Below, in pieces: positions 37,153 through 48,789 of a stretch of DNA of 64,000 bases. This stretch comes from Mobula hypostoma (Eukaryota). The notes under the pieces are model-generated. The model searched no databases. It had not been told where the DNA came from and saw nothing but the letters and a program-made list of their open reading frames with translations. Each line of letters opens with the position of its first letter. Position 1 is the first letter of the stretch. Where the stretch lies: positions 13,208,001 to 13,272,000 of the forward strand of contig NC_086118.1 of the NCBI RefSeq assembly GCF_963921235.1. The letters are read 5' to 3'. A program made the position numbers and the translations under genes.

Positions 37153-39950
37153 TGGAATGACACTTACATGATACATACATGGAATTATGATGTAGTGGCC
37201 ATTACAGAGACATGGCTGGCACCAGGGCAGGAATGGGGATTCTCAATATTCCCGGATTTCAGTGCTTTAAAAGGGATAGAGAGGGCGGAAAAAGGGGAGG
37301 AAGGGTGGCATTACTGGTCAGGCATACTATTACAGCTACAGAAAGGGTGGGTAATGTAGCAGGATCCTCTTTTGAGTCAATATGGGTGGAATTCAGGAAC
37401 AGGAAGGGAGCAGTTACTCTACTGGGGGTATTCTATAGGCCCCCTGGTAGCAGCAGAGATACAGAGGAGCAGATTGGGAGGCAGATTTTGGAAAGGTGCA
37501 AAAATAACAGGGTTGTTATCATGGGTGACTTTAACTTCCCTAATATTGATTGGCACCTGATTAGTTCCAGGGTTTAGATGGGGCAGAATTTATTAAGTGT
37601 GTCCAGGACGGATTCCTGTCACAATATGTGGACAGGCCAACTGGGGGAATGCCATACTAGAACTAGTACTAGGTAATGAGCCGGGTCAGGTCACAGATCT
37701 CTCAATGGGTGAGCATCTGGGGGACAGTGACCACCGCTCCCTGGCCTTTAGCATTATCATGGAAAAGGATAGAATCAGAGAGGACAGGAAAATTTTTAAT
37801 TGGGGAAAGGCAAACTATGAGGCTATAAGGCTATAACTTGCAGATGTGAATTGGGATGATGTTTTTGCAGGGAATTGTACTATGGACATGTGGTCGATGT
37901 TTAGAGATCTCTTGTGGGATGTTAGGGATAAATTTGTCGCGGTGAGGAAGATAAGGGATGGTAGGGTAAAGGAACCATAGGTGACAAGTGAGGTGGAAAA
38001 TCTAGTCAGGTGGAAGAAGGCAGAATACATGAGGTTTAGGAAGGAAGGATCAGATGGGTCTATTGAGGAATATAGGGAAACAAGAAAGGAGCTTAAGAAG
38101 GGGCTGAGAAGAGCAAGAAGGGGGCATGGGAAGGCCTTGGCGAGTAGGGTAAAGGAAAACCCCAAGGCATTCTTCAATTATGTGAAGAAAAAAAGGATGA
38201 CAGGAGTGAAGGTAGGACCGATTAGAGATAAAGGTGGGAAGATGTGCCTGGAGGCTGTGGAAGTGAGCGAGGTCCTCAATGAATACTTCTCTTCAGTATT
38301 CACCAATGAGAGGGAACTTGATGATGATGAGGACAATATGATTGAGGTTGATGTTTTGGAGCATGTTGATATTAAGGGAGAGGAGGTGTTGGAGTTGTTA
38401 AAATACATTAGGACAGATAAGTCCCTGGGGCCTGACGGAATATTCCCCAGGCTGCTCCACGAGGCGAGAGAAGACATTGCTGAGCCTCCTGCTAGGATCT
38501 TTATGTCCTTGTTGTCCACGGGAATGGTACCGGAGGATTGGAGGGAGGGGAAAAAGGTAGTAGGGATAGTCCAGGAAATTATAGACCAGTGAGCCTTACA
38601 TCTGTGGTGGGAAAGCTGTTGGAAAAGATTCTTAGAGATACGATCTATAGGCATTTGGAGAATCATGGTCAGATCAGGGACAGTCAGCATGGCTTTGTGA
38701 AGGGCAGATCGTGTCTAACAAGCCTGATAGAGTTCTTTGAGGAGGTAACCAGGCATATAGATGAGGGTAGTGCAGTGGATGTGATCTGTATGGATTTTAG
38801 TAAGGCATTTGACAAGGTTCCATACGGTAGGCTTATTCAGAAAGTTAGAAGGCATGGGATCCAGGGAAGTTTGGCGAGATTGATTCAGAATTGGCTTGCC
38901 TGCAGAAGGCAGAGGGTGGTGGTGGAGGGAGTACATTCAGATTGGAGGATTGTGACTAGTGGTGTCCCACAAGGATCTGTTCTGGGACCTCTACTTTCCG
39001 TGATTTTTATTAACGACCTGGGTGTGGGGGTAGAAGGGTGGGTTGGCAAGTTTGCAGATGACACAAAGGTTAGTGGTGTTGTAGATAGTGTAGAGGATTG
39101 TGAAAGATTGCAGAGAGACATTGATAGGATGCAGAAGTGGGCTGAGAAGTGGCAGATGGAGTTCAACCCAGAGAAGTGTGAGGTGGTACACTTTGGAAGG
39201 ACAAACTCCAAGGCACAGTACAAAGTAAATGGCAGGATACTTGGCAATGTGGAGGAGCAGAGGGATCTGGGGGTACATGTCCACAGATCCCTGAAAGTTG
39301 CCTTACAGGTGGATAGGGTAGTTAAGAAAGCTTATGGGGTGCTGGCTTTCATAAGTCGAGGAATAGAGATTAAGAGTCGCGATGTAATGATGCAGCTCTA
39401 TAAAACTCTGTTTAGGCCACACTTGATGTACTGTATCCAGTTCTGGTCACCTCACTATAGGAAAGATGTGGAAGAATTGGAAAAAGTACAGAGGAGATTT
39501 ACCAGGATGCTGCCTGGTTTAGAAAGTACGCATTATGATCAGAGATTAAGGGAGCTAGGGCTTTACTCTTTGGAGAGAAGGAGGATGAGAGGAGACATGA
39601 TAGAGGTGTACAAGTTAATAAGAGGAATAGATAGAGTGGATAGCCAGCGCCTCTTCCCCAGGGCACCACTGTTCAATACAAGAAGACATGGCTTTAAGGT
39701 AAGGGGTGGGGAGTTCAAGGGGGATATTAGAGGAAGGTTTTCTACTCAGAGAGTGGTTGGTGCGTGGAATGCACTGCCTGAGTCAGTGGTGAAGGCAGGT
39801 ACACTATTGAAGTTTAAGAGACTACGAGACAGGTATATGGAGGAATTTAAGGTGGGGGCTTATACGGGAGGCAGGGTTTGAGGGTCAGCACAACATTGTG
39901 GGCCGAAGGGCCTGTACTGTGCTGTACTATTCTATGTTCTATGTTCTATG
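37153..39950 (+). mobile_element. CR1 LINE covering nearly all of ORF2, inserted in Tc1
   Basis: YDVVAITETWL, YRPP, MGDFN, SDH endonuclease motifs followed by RT; tail (TTCTATG)3. Tc1 sequence continues on both flanks. Confidence 0.97.
38538..39881 (+). CDS. Uninterrupted 447-codon CR1 reverse transcriptase segment (part of a disrupted ORF2)
   Basis: NYRPVSLTS, QHGF, DFSKAFD, GVPQGSVLGP, KFADD. Upstream ORF2 has stops and frameshifts, so it is probably not functional. Confidence 0.85.
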   Translation: MEGGEKGSRDSPGNYRPVSLTSVVGKLLEKILRDTIYRHLENHGQIRDSQHGFVKGRSCLTSLIEFFEEVTRHIDEGSAVDVICMDFSKAFDKVPYGRLIQKVRRHGIQGSLARLIQNWLACRRQRVVVEGVHSDWRIVTSGVPQGSVLGPLLSVIFINDLGVGVEGWVGKFADDTKVSGVVDSVEDCERLQRDIDRMQKWAEKWQMEFNPEKCEVVHFGRTNSKAQYKVNGRILGNVEEQRDLGVHVHRSLKVALQVDRVVKKAYGVLAFISRGIEIKSRDVMMQLYKTLFRPHLMYCIQFWSPHYRKDVEELEKVQRRFTRMLPGLESTHYDQRLRELGLYSLERRRMRGDMIEVYKLIRGIDRVDSQRLFPRAPLFNTRRHGFKVRGGEFKGDIRGRFSTQRVVGAWNALPESVVKAGTLLKFKRLRDRYMEEFKVGAYTGGRV

Positions 39951-41308
39951 TTAATTTTGTTATTTTAAGCCATTCCTGTGTAGCTTTAGATTTATGCTTG
40001 GGTCATTATCTTGCTGGAAAACAAATCTTTTCCCATGTCGCAATTCTCTTGCGGACTGCATCACGTTTTCTTCCAGGATTACCCTATATTTTGCCTAATT
40101 CATTTTACCCTCCACCTTTCAAGGCCTGTTGCAGTGAAGCATCGCCACGGCATGATACCGCCAGCACCATGTTTCACGGTAAGGATGGTCTGTTTTTGAT
40201 GATGAGCGGTGTTCGGTTTACCGCAAACATAGTACTTAGTCCGGTGGCCAAGAAGCTCAATTTTGGTTTAATTAGACCTTTTTCCAGATGATGTCAATGT
40301 CTCCTAACATGCCTTCTGGCAAACTCTAACTGAGATTTCATGTGAGTTTTTTTTTCAACAGTGGCTTTCTCTTTGCTATTCTTCCATGAAATTGCAACTG
40401 GTGAAGCACCCAGGCAACAGTTGTACGCACAGTCTCTCCCATCTCAGCCACTGATGCTTGTAACTTCTCCAGAGTTGTCTCTTGGTGGCCTTCCTCTATA
40501 GTCCCCTTCTTGCATAGTGACTCAGTTTTTGAGAATGACTTGCTCTAGGCAGATTTACAGCTGTGCCATATTCTTCCCATTTCTTGGTGATTGACTTATC
40601 TGTACTCCAAGGGATATTCAGTGTCTTGGAAATGTTCTTGTATCCAGTTCATGACTTGTGCTTTTCAATAACTCTTTTGCAGAATTGTTTGGAGTGTTCT
40701 TTTGTCTTCATGGTGTAGTTTTTGCCAGGATACTGACTCACCAACAGTTGGACATTCCAGATACAGGTGTATTTTTGCTACAATCAATTGAAACACCTTG
40801 ACCCGCCATTTGTAGATATTAGTAAGTGATCACCATTTGACTAATTATGTGACTTCTAAAACCAATTGGCTGCACCAGTGATGATATGGTATATCATAGT
40901 AAAGATGCTGAATGGCTATGCAATTAATTACTTTGTGTTTTATATTTGTAATTAGTTTAGACCACTTTGGAGAGATCTGTTTACAATCTGACACAAATGA
41001 GTTTTTTTCTGTTGATCAGTGTCAAAAAAAGCCACTGTGATTCAATGTTGTAAAACAATAAAACATGAAAACTTCTAAGGAGGGTGAATACTTTTGAATG
41101 GCACTATGTTCGTTCAACATGCATATGCTTACCAAATATTCAGCTTTGTAATGTCTGTAACTCGGGGAACATGAATGTTTGGTTGAAGTTTTACTGTTTA
41201 AATGATTAATATATTTATTAGCAGTCTGTGTTTTCTGTCCCACTTGACAGACCCTCAAGCCTAATTTGACATTATATTTTGGTGCTGCGAGTGGGGTTGG
41301 TTTTTTGA

Positions 41309-42030
41309 GCAGATGTACATTTCTTTAAACGGTTATTCCAAAGAGAGGATTCTCCATTAGAGAGATACAGTGTCAGGATGGCCAGATCATAGCTCGAGCT
41401 TCAGGAGTCGTTGGCTGCGTGGTTACTAAGGACTGAGGATGGAGGGAGTGGGGGATCCTGAATGAACCTATCTAATAGAGAGATAGGTGATTAAGGGAGC
41501 TTATTGTCCCAAGACATGATCAATAGTGTCCTGAAAATGCTACTTGCTTCCCCTGAGTACAATGCATCACTATGGAATCAGGTAATGGCTGCAGTTAAAT
41601 TTAAGTATTATTCTTTTACTGAATAAAATTTAAAACACCAAGCAGAATACAGCACTGTAGAGGAGGTTACTAAATTTCTATATCAGTGGGCTCTTATCAT
41701 AGAATTATACTGTGATTGTAGTAGCCCACCAGCTGATATTGAATTAACTTCTGGAGTGATAGGACATGGGGTTAAGGCATTGTCTTTCCCAGTAAAAGGG
41801 GAAGTGCCAGCTGTGCGTTGTCCTTTAAGTACAGTGATTAAATTAGTACAAGGTTTAGAGTATGTAGAAGAAGGTGTATGTAGCCAGGTATCGAAGTTGG
41901 ATTAGCAGATGGGGAGTGGAGATCTAGCATATCCTGTAAAGAAATTCTTCAGCGTTGCTCAAAGCTGAAGTCCTAGAGGAGAAGGTAAATGAGGTTCCCA
42001 CCCCCATCCTCCCTCCAATATGACATAAGT
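41309..42030 (+). pseudogene. Class III (ERV-L/Fv1-like) endogenous retrovirus gag relic
   Basis: One frame with a few stops: ERYS...QESLAAWLLRTEDGGSGGS*MNLSNREIGD*GSLLSQDMINSVL...ASLWNQVMAAVKFKY...EYSTVEEVTKFLYQWALIIELY...PADIELT. After a frameshift: ALLKAEVLEEKVNEVPTPIL. Motif order matches ERV-L-type Gag as I recall it. Confidence 0.7.
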
Positions 42031-42301
42031 ACTGTCAGGAAAAGCAAGAGAGGGAGATTGTTGAGGGGGAAGAATCATTCTTCAAGCCCTCTGCAGATAA
42101 TGGCTCCTTTTGTCCTCTACCGGATTCCCTACATTCCATTCAGGATTCCCTACAAAGGTGGCAGTGGGAAACAGAGGGTGGCTAGCACATTTGTGCCTCA
42201 TTGTTGTAGGGATGGGGACATTTGACCTACATCCCTCTTTCCTCTACAGTAAGAATGATTTGAATGTGGAAAGTATGTGAGGTGAGGCCACAGGTGTCTA
42301 T

Positions 42302-42302
42302 T

Positions 42303-42346
<44 letters not shown>

Positions 42347-42350
42347 TGTG
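42302..42350. repeat. (TG)n microsatellite
   Basis: About 18 perfect GT units with imperfect flanks. Confidence 0.98.
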
Positions 42351-42649
42351 TTGCCTTTACGAGACTCTGTGAATATGTTGGGCTCTGCCCAGTTGCTTTT
42401 TCCTTCTCAGTTATTCTCTGTTAAGTGTGCTATTTCTCTGTGAAAAATTAGCTGTCTACTTTGAGTTTTTGCAGTTCCATATGAAGTTTTAAAGAAGAGG
42501 AGTATTGCCTGGGTTTTGTGTTCTAATCATTTATCTTGTTACTTGTGTTTGTTTAGTGAGTTACTTTGTTTCTTGTTTTCTTAATCTGTTCCATGTTTAA
42601 TGTGTCTTAACCTATCACTTTGTTACTTGTTTCCCTGTGTAATTGGTTT

Positions 42650-43100
42650 TAGGGATGACTCATTTCATCCTGACCATATGAAATTTGAGTTACTAGGCTA
42701 GAAATTTGAACAGATTTATTCTGGATATGAGATGCCCACATTTCAAAGGGAATTGAGCATTTTGGGAACAGACCTGACAGGGTTGTTTTGTGTTTTCAAA
42801 ATATCCAGTGACTGATCAGGATCCTGTGTATTTGTATCTCCCTTTATTATAGAATGGAAAAGTGGTGGATGCTGACTTGTGATGGGAGATCCTGTGATAC
42901 ATTCCTGGGGATGGAGTTTGAATCTGCACACTGGACCAATGGGTCAGATTGCTGAATTTTTATGAGGACTCCTTACTATGTCACGGAAGGGATACCACTG
43001 ATGTCAATCTCTTTGACCAGGAAAAGACTGTGGAAGAAATTATCTGGCTTCTTGGTTTTTGGCATTCTGTTTCGGTGAAGCTGGGAGAGAGTAGTCTATT
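42650..43100 (+). pseudogene. Possible retroviral RT remnant belonging to the ERV-L-like relic
   Basis: HPDHMKF...SGYEMP (~42667-42738), GWSLN...GQIAEFL*G (~42910-42968), EKTVEEIIWLLGFWH (43021-43065), in the order expected for ERV-L RT. Confidence 0.45.
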
Positions 43101-43348
43101 TCAGCCAACCTCAACCCAGAGTATGGTAATGGCCTGAAGGGATTTGAGTATCAATAGCCCTAGTGGAGTAAATGCTTTAAGGGATGGTATTTCCCAACAT
43201 ACCATTTGTTTAATTGAAATGTCCTGACTCAAAATAATTTCCCCACCTGACAGAGTATTGGTGTAGGTGGTTTGTTTAGTTTAGGTACAACATGCAAGGT
43301 GGATGTCAGTTGTGAGCAGGAACAGTATCTTGTGTAACATGCTGGAAG

Positions 43349-44150
43349 GTTTCACTGATAATGCAATGGTTTCTCTGTAGCAGCAATATTTGTATTATGA
43401 CTAGAGATAATGGGGTTTGGAATGCTGTCGTCATTTCTTGTGGGTTGGGAAGAGAGATTTTTACGATCTTTGGTCAGCGAGAGGAGAAGAAGGAAGCCGC
43501 GTGTGTAGAGAGCTGGAAGCCCCCCCGGATGGCGTGGACCGGGAGCAGGGGTCTGAAGGTCAGCGATGCTCGGAGGTTGATGGTTGAAGAATGGCTGTAT
43601 TTATGAGCTCCAACGTGCACTTGTGACTTTTCTCTTAAAATAGGCCTTTTTCTTTTTCTTTACTAACCTATACATGATTGCTCCGGATGGCTCTTGACGT
43701 GAGTTGGCAACAGCACATGACGAACGTTGAGCTCTATAACAACCTACCGATGCTCACCACTAAATCGAGGCGAGAAGACTGCAACTAGCGGGGCACTGTC
43801 TATGCCACCCCGAGCTACCTGCCAGCCTAGTCATCATATTGGAGCCCAAGCATGGGAGGATGAACCCTGGGCGCACTCCCAAGACTATGGTCAACACGCT
43901 CCTAGAAGACAGCGGCATGATTAACGTAGATGAACTGAACACACTGATGAGGGAGAGGGAGAAGTGGGGAGTCCGTCATCGTGCCCAACGCCAGCCCCCT
44001 AGGCCTGAGTTGACCTAGTAGTAGTTCTTTACTAACCCTACATTCAGATTAAGATTTACAAAGTTCAATCAGTTAATTGCATATGATGTACAGTCTGATA
44101 TTTTGTGGTGTGGATATTTCTGCAATGCCAGTAAAGAGTTAGGTGTTGCT
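43349..44150 (+). mobile_element. LTR-like repeat hosting an RTE insertion
   Basis: Non-coding, purine-rich middle, T-rich 3' part; continuous across the RTE TSD. Ends not resolved. Confidence 0.35.
43676..44024 (+). mobile_element. RTE-clade (RTE-X-like) LINE 3' end
   Basis: LRMALDVSWQQHMTNVELY, RRLQLAGHCL.HPELPASLVI; (TAG)3 tail; ~19-bp imperfect TSD ttctttactaacc..tacat at 43656-43675 and 44025-44043. Confidence 0.88.
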
Positions 44151-45198
44151 CAGAACCGCTATTAGCCCATTAGTCCAATTGCTCTTTCCACAGATGCTCC
44201 CCAATGAGCAGAGAACTTTCAATGAGTATTGCTTTAATTTCATCACCATTCTAAGTGTGACATATAGTAGTGTGAAATTTCTTGTCACTTTATATTTTTA
44301 TACTGCTGATTTATATAATATAAAGCTTCAGTTTAAAATGAACCAAAATGTGTTGATTTTTTATCCCATCTTTTCTAGAAATACTTTCAACTACCTTTCT
44401 GAATTTTATTGTACTCCACATTCAGAATTTTGTCTACCTCAAAGAATGATATGAGAATCCAAATCACTCTGCTCTGTTCAAATAAATCTTGCTTTGATTC
44501 CAATCAAAAATGCTTTCAGTTCCATTCACAAACTTGGGTGTAAAAGAATGGTTTTGCTGCAGGAGATGGTCTTGCTGCTTGCCTCTCTCCGTGAACCTTC
44601 ACAGGTCAGCTCTTGATCCCCTGTCAGTGCTGATGGACACCTGACCCTCTGCCAGAACTGCTCGCCAGTCTGCCTGAACCCTCTCTGCTTTCTCTGAACA
44701 CTCACAGCTCAACACTCTCTCTGAAACCTCACCCCTCTCGATTGGCACTCGCTGCTTGACGCTCTCCCTGACCCCCTCCCTAAAACATAGCTGCTTGCTA
44801 CTCTCCCTGAACCCTCATCACACACCACTAGACCCTCTGCCTTCAGCGCTTTCCACTCTCCCTGAACCCTTATCATTTGACCCACTCCCTGTGCTGTCTG
44901 ACCTTTGGCCTTCTCCTGCACGGCTTGCCGCTCCTTCTCCAACAGGTTCTCTGAAAAGTTGCCCTCCAAGTCACACACCAGCCTGGGTGGAATTATAGTA
45001 TCATTCCTTAACCATCGTCCCTAGAACTCCCTTTCCAACAGCACTATGGGTATACCCACACTTCAAGGGTAGTAGTGACTCAAGAAACTAATGCAGCTTC
45101 ACAAGGGCAATCAGAGGTGGGCAATTAAATGCTGGCTCAGCCTGTGAAGTGCACATTCCTTGAATAAACCCAACAGATGTACACAAAAGATTAGAAAA

Positions 45199-45995
45199 CC
45201 ACTTTGGTGGCAAAAATAGGAAAACAGATTATTATCTGAATGGTGGCCGATTAGGAAAAGGGGAGGTGCAACGAGACCTGGGTGTCATTATACACCAGTC
45301 ATTGAAAGTGGGCATGCAGGTACAACAGGCGGTGAAAAAGGCGAACGGTATGCTGGCATTTATAGCGAGAGGATTCGAGTACAGGAGCAGGGAGGTACTA
45401 CTGCAGTTGTACAAGGCCTTGGTGAGACCACACCTGGAGTATTGTGTGCAGTTTTGGTCCCCTAATCTGAGGAAAGACATCTTTGCCATAGAGGGAGTAC
45501 AAAGAAGGTTCACCAGATTGATTCCTGGGATGGCAGGTCTTTCATATGAAGAAAGACTGGATGAACTGGGCTTGTACTCGTTGGAATTTAGAAGATTGAG
45601 GGGGGATCTGATTGAAACGTATAAGATCCTAAAGGGATTGGACAAGCTAGATGCGGGAAGATTGTTCCCGATGTTGGGGAGGTCTAGAACGAGGGGTCAC
45701 AGTTTGAGGATAGAGGGGAAGCCTTTTAGGACCGAGGTTAGGAAAAACTTCTTCACACAGAGAGTGGTGAATCTGTGGAATTCTCTGCCACAGCAAACTG
45801 TTGAGGCCAGTTCATTAGCTATGTTTAAAAGGAAGTTAGATATGGCCCTTGTGGCTACAGGGGTCAGGGGGTATGGAGGGAAGGCTGGGTTCTGAGTTGG
45901 ATGATCAGCCATGATCATAATAAATGGCGGTGCAGGCTCGAAGGGCCGAATGGCCTACTCCTGCACCTATTTTCTATGTTTCTATGTTTCTATGT
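45199..45995 (+). mobile_element. CR1 LINE 3' end, young
   Basis: Uninterrupted 209-aa ORF 45266-45895; 3' stem-loop region and (TTTCTATG)3 tail. Confidence 0.97.
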
Positions 45996-46510
45996 TAATA
46001 CACCAGTGTGCTTTGTTATGTTATGGTGCTGTTGAATGAGGATGAATTAATGGCAATCATTTTGGTATTTCTGTGGATAGTGAAATTCAAAAACTATATC
46101 ACAGAAATCTAGAATATGCATCATTTATTTGATGTGAAAAAAGATCTTAATGATAATGTTTGTATTCTTATTTTAACAAGTTGTAATCTCAGGTGTATAA
46201 TGAATCACAGAGAACTGCTGAAACATGTGAACCTTTGATTGTTCCATTCTCTCCAATTAAACTCTGCACATTACATATGTCATATATACTTTACATATTT
46301 ATATTCACAACTTTAGTTTTGATTTTCAAAAAAGCTTCTTACATCTGTATGACTATATTTTCCCAGGGATCACGTATTACACAGAGGTGGAAGAAAATAG
46401 AATGGTTTATTAGTTTATTTTTTAATTAATTCAGTATAATCTTGCATCTTTACTTTCTAAGTGTCTGCATCCAATTTCTGAAATAATCACATAACTCTTC
46501 AATATTCTCT

Positions 46511-47690
46511 TGTGATTTTTTGCAATAATTAATTGATTTCTATGTTCTGATTCTGTCTGGTATTTTCACAAGATATCTCTTTGAACTGCATACTTCCACT
46601 GCGACTCTGACATCCAATTCCAAATGTCAGATTTACTTAGTACTGTTAACACAGAAGCCCCATCATTTGTCTCCCTCCATGAGTTGAATCACAATTTGAT
46701 TCTATCTCAGCAGCTTCTCTTAGGGTTTGGCTGAAATGAGCTCAGTTGAATTCTATGTCTTCTACATGTTGAAATCTTAGCTTCCATATAAAGATTTGTG
46801 GAGTATATTGATTTTAGTGTTTAAACATAGTTCATTTATTTTAGTGATGCATTTTTAAATTTAGATAAAATTCTTAAAAACATATTTACAGAGGTTTTTT
46901 ATATTATAAATGATTTCCAAATTACAAATGATTTAGAAAACACAAATACAATTCCATCAAGATAAAAAGACATACCAATAAATTGCAGATGAATGAGTTG
47001 ATGTTACAGTAATCGAAGTTCATCCTGGCTTTCTGTCATTCTTCTTGATGTCCCTTGACTATTTCTAAAAATCCTGACTGCTCTCTTACATTGATACAGT
47101 TTTTGCCACTTAGTAATATCACACACATGATATTTTTTCAGATGTGTTTTCACACAGATGGGCTAAAATCTCTTGGGAACAAAGATCCCAGAGAGTCCAA
47201 GTTAATGCCGCGACTGCTGAATCTCCGGGTACACAAATCCTCTGATTATTGGTAGATCAGCTATTTGATATGCTAACTAATTATGTCACTCTGGTCTGCA
47301 GGCCTCCCGAACTAAATAACTTAGCCAGTGTTGTCTAGCTTGATACAAGCCAATTAACATAACCCCATTGTCTTACATTGCACCTTTTGATACTAGCCAG
47401 TTAACATGACCCCGTTGTCTTATTTTGCACATTTTAATACAAGCCAATTAACATGACCCCATTGTGTTACACTACACCTTTTGAGCAATCAGGTCCTTGA
47501 AGTGGGCCAGCAGTGCACTCCATAGACAGCTCTGTGTGTTTGCAAAATTGTCCTTTTAACCTTAGGCTGATTATTGCTTGCTATTTACTTTAAGAACTGA
47601 AGACTGAATCTTGTTTACAACAAGAAGCTGAACACAGAAAGCTGAGCTTGGCAAAAAAAAAATGGTCCTGGACAGTGCATATCCATCACA
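46511..47690 (-). mobile_element. Solo-LTR-like element, family copy 1
   Basis: 46820-47690 collinear with 53158-54034; ends ATCACA; left edge uncertain (46511-46625); internal ~47-bp triplication. Confidence 0.7.
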
Positions 47691-48789
47691 CCATTAGTGC
47701 AAAGGTATCTTTGTTGGCTTGGCTCTATATTCTTCACAAAGAGCAATAAAAATAGAAATTATTGTAAGCACCCAAAAAGTCAGGTAGCAGCTTCAGAAAG
47801 AGAAGTAGTTAACATTTTTGATTCAAGACCTTTTGTCAAAACTCTAAGTGTCTCCAGTATATTCTGTCTTTATTTCCAGTTTGCAGGGTATGCAGTATTT
47901 TTAAATTTCCTTGACAAAGAGTCAACTCTCTCAGCTGTTCAAAACCTTTATCTAACCTAGATCAACAAAGAAACTTCTGATAATTGCCTTAAATGTTCAT
48001 GCACCAGAATATTCAATGTGAAATTTTTCTAATTTCTGGTGACATAAGAGACTGCAGATGGTTAAATCCAGAACAACATGCTGGAGCAATTCAATGGCTC
48101 ACACAGTCTCTTTAGGAGGAACAATACAGTATTTTGACCCAAAACATCAACAGTATCTTTCCTCACACAGATGCTGCATAAGCAACTAAGTTCCTCCTGC
48201 ACATTGTTTGTTGCTCTTCCAAAATCAATCTTCTCAACATATTCAATATGAAAATTCTGCACACTTACTTAACTCAAGCTTTTTTGTTCAATATTCCAAT
48301 ATTTAATTATAATAGAATCTTGTGTCTTCATATTCAGTTCTTGCATTTAAAATATTTAATATGCTCACTGGAGAAATGTGTCTTTACTTTTTTCTAAACT
48401 GCTTATATTTCTGGCTACAAAAATCACCTTTCAATATTTTCAATGTGAAGTTCATTTTCTCAAACATTGTATGTGAAGTAGCACCGTAACCTTGACAACA
48501 CAACTGCAGCCACTTTTAGCTCTGAAGCTCTGTATTTAATTATATAATCATAATGAGAAGCCTTTGCATTATCAGCACAGCTATCTGACCAAAGTAATAG
48601 TTCTGCCCTGTCAGAAATGATGAAACACATTCACGCCTAAAACAATTCCTGTGGCCCTTTACTCAATATGAGGAGATATTTTCATTCTTCAACAAGTATA
48701 TATCATTTCCTGTTCTTTGCTGCAATTTCAATTTTTTCCCTTTCTTTAGTAACAACTATATCAGTATTAGTACAAGTTCAAGATCTAGC

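Larger units (their letters stand above)
36741..41106 (-). mobile_element. Tc1-like DNA transposon with long (~200 bp) TIRs, split by a CR1
   Basis: Right TIR ~40908-41106 is the inverse of left ~36741-36910, whose outer ~45 bp are missing. Transposase from ATG 40711: MKTKEHSKQ...GYKNISKTLNIPWST; QQDNDPKH (~40000-40015); ends KGASTKY (~36920-36941). Confidence 0.92.

Noticed and set aside
38178..39284. Antisense ORFs of 97-170 aa
   Set aside because: Shadow frames of CR1 RT.
44560..44990. C/T-rich region with recurring ctgaaccct and two ORFs
   Set aside because: Degenerate low-complexity repeat with no definable unit or coding signal.
47340..47485. Regularly spaced repeats resembling a CRISPR array
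   Set aside because: Head-to-tail tandem units without unique spacers, inside a eukaryotic LTR; no cas genes.
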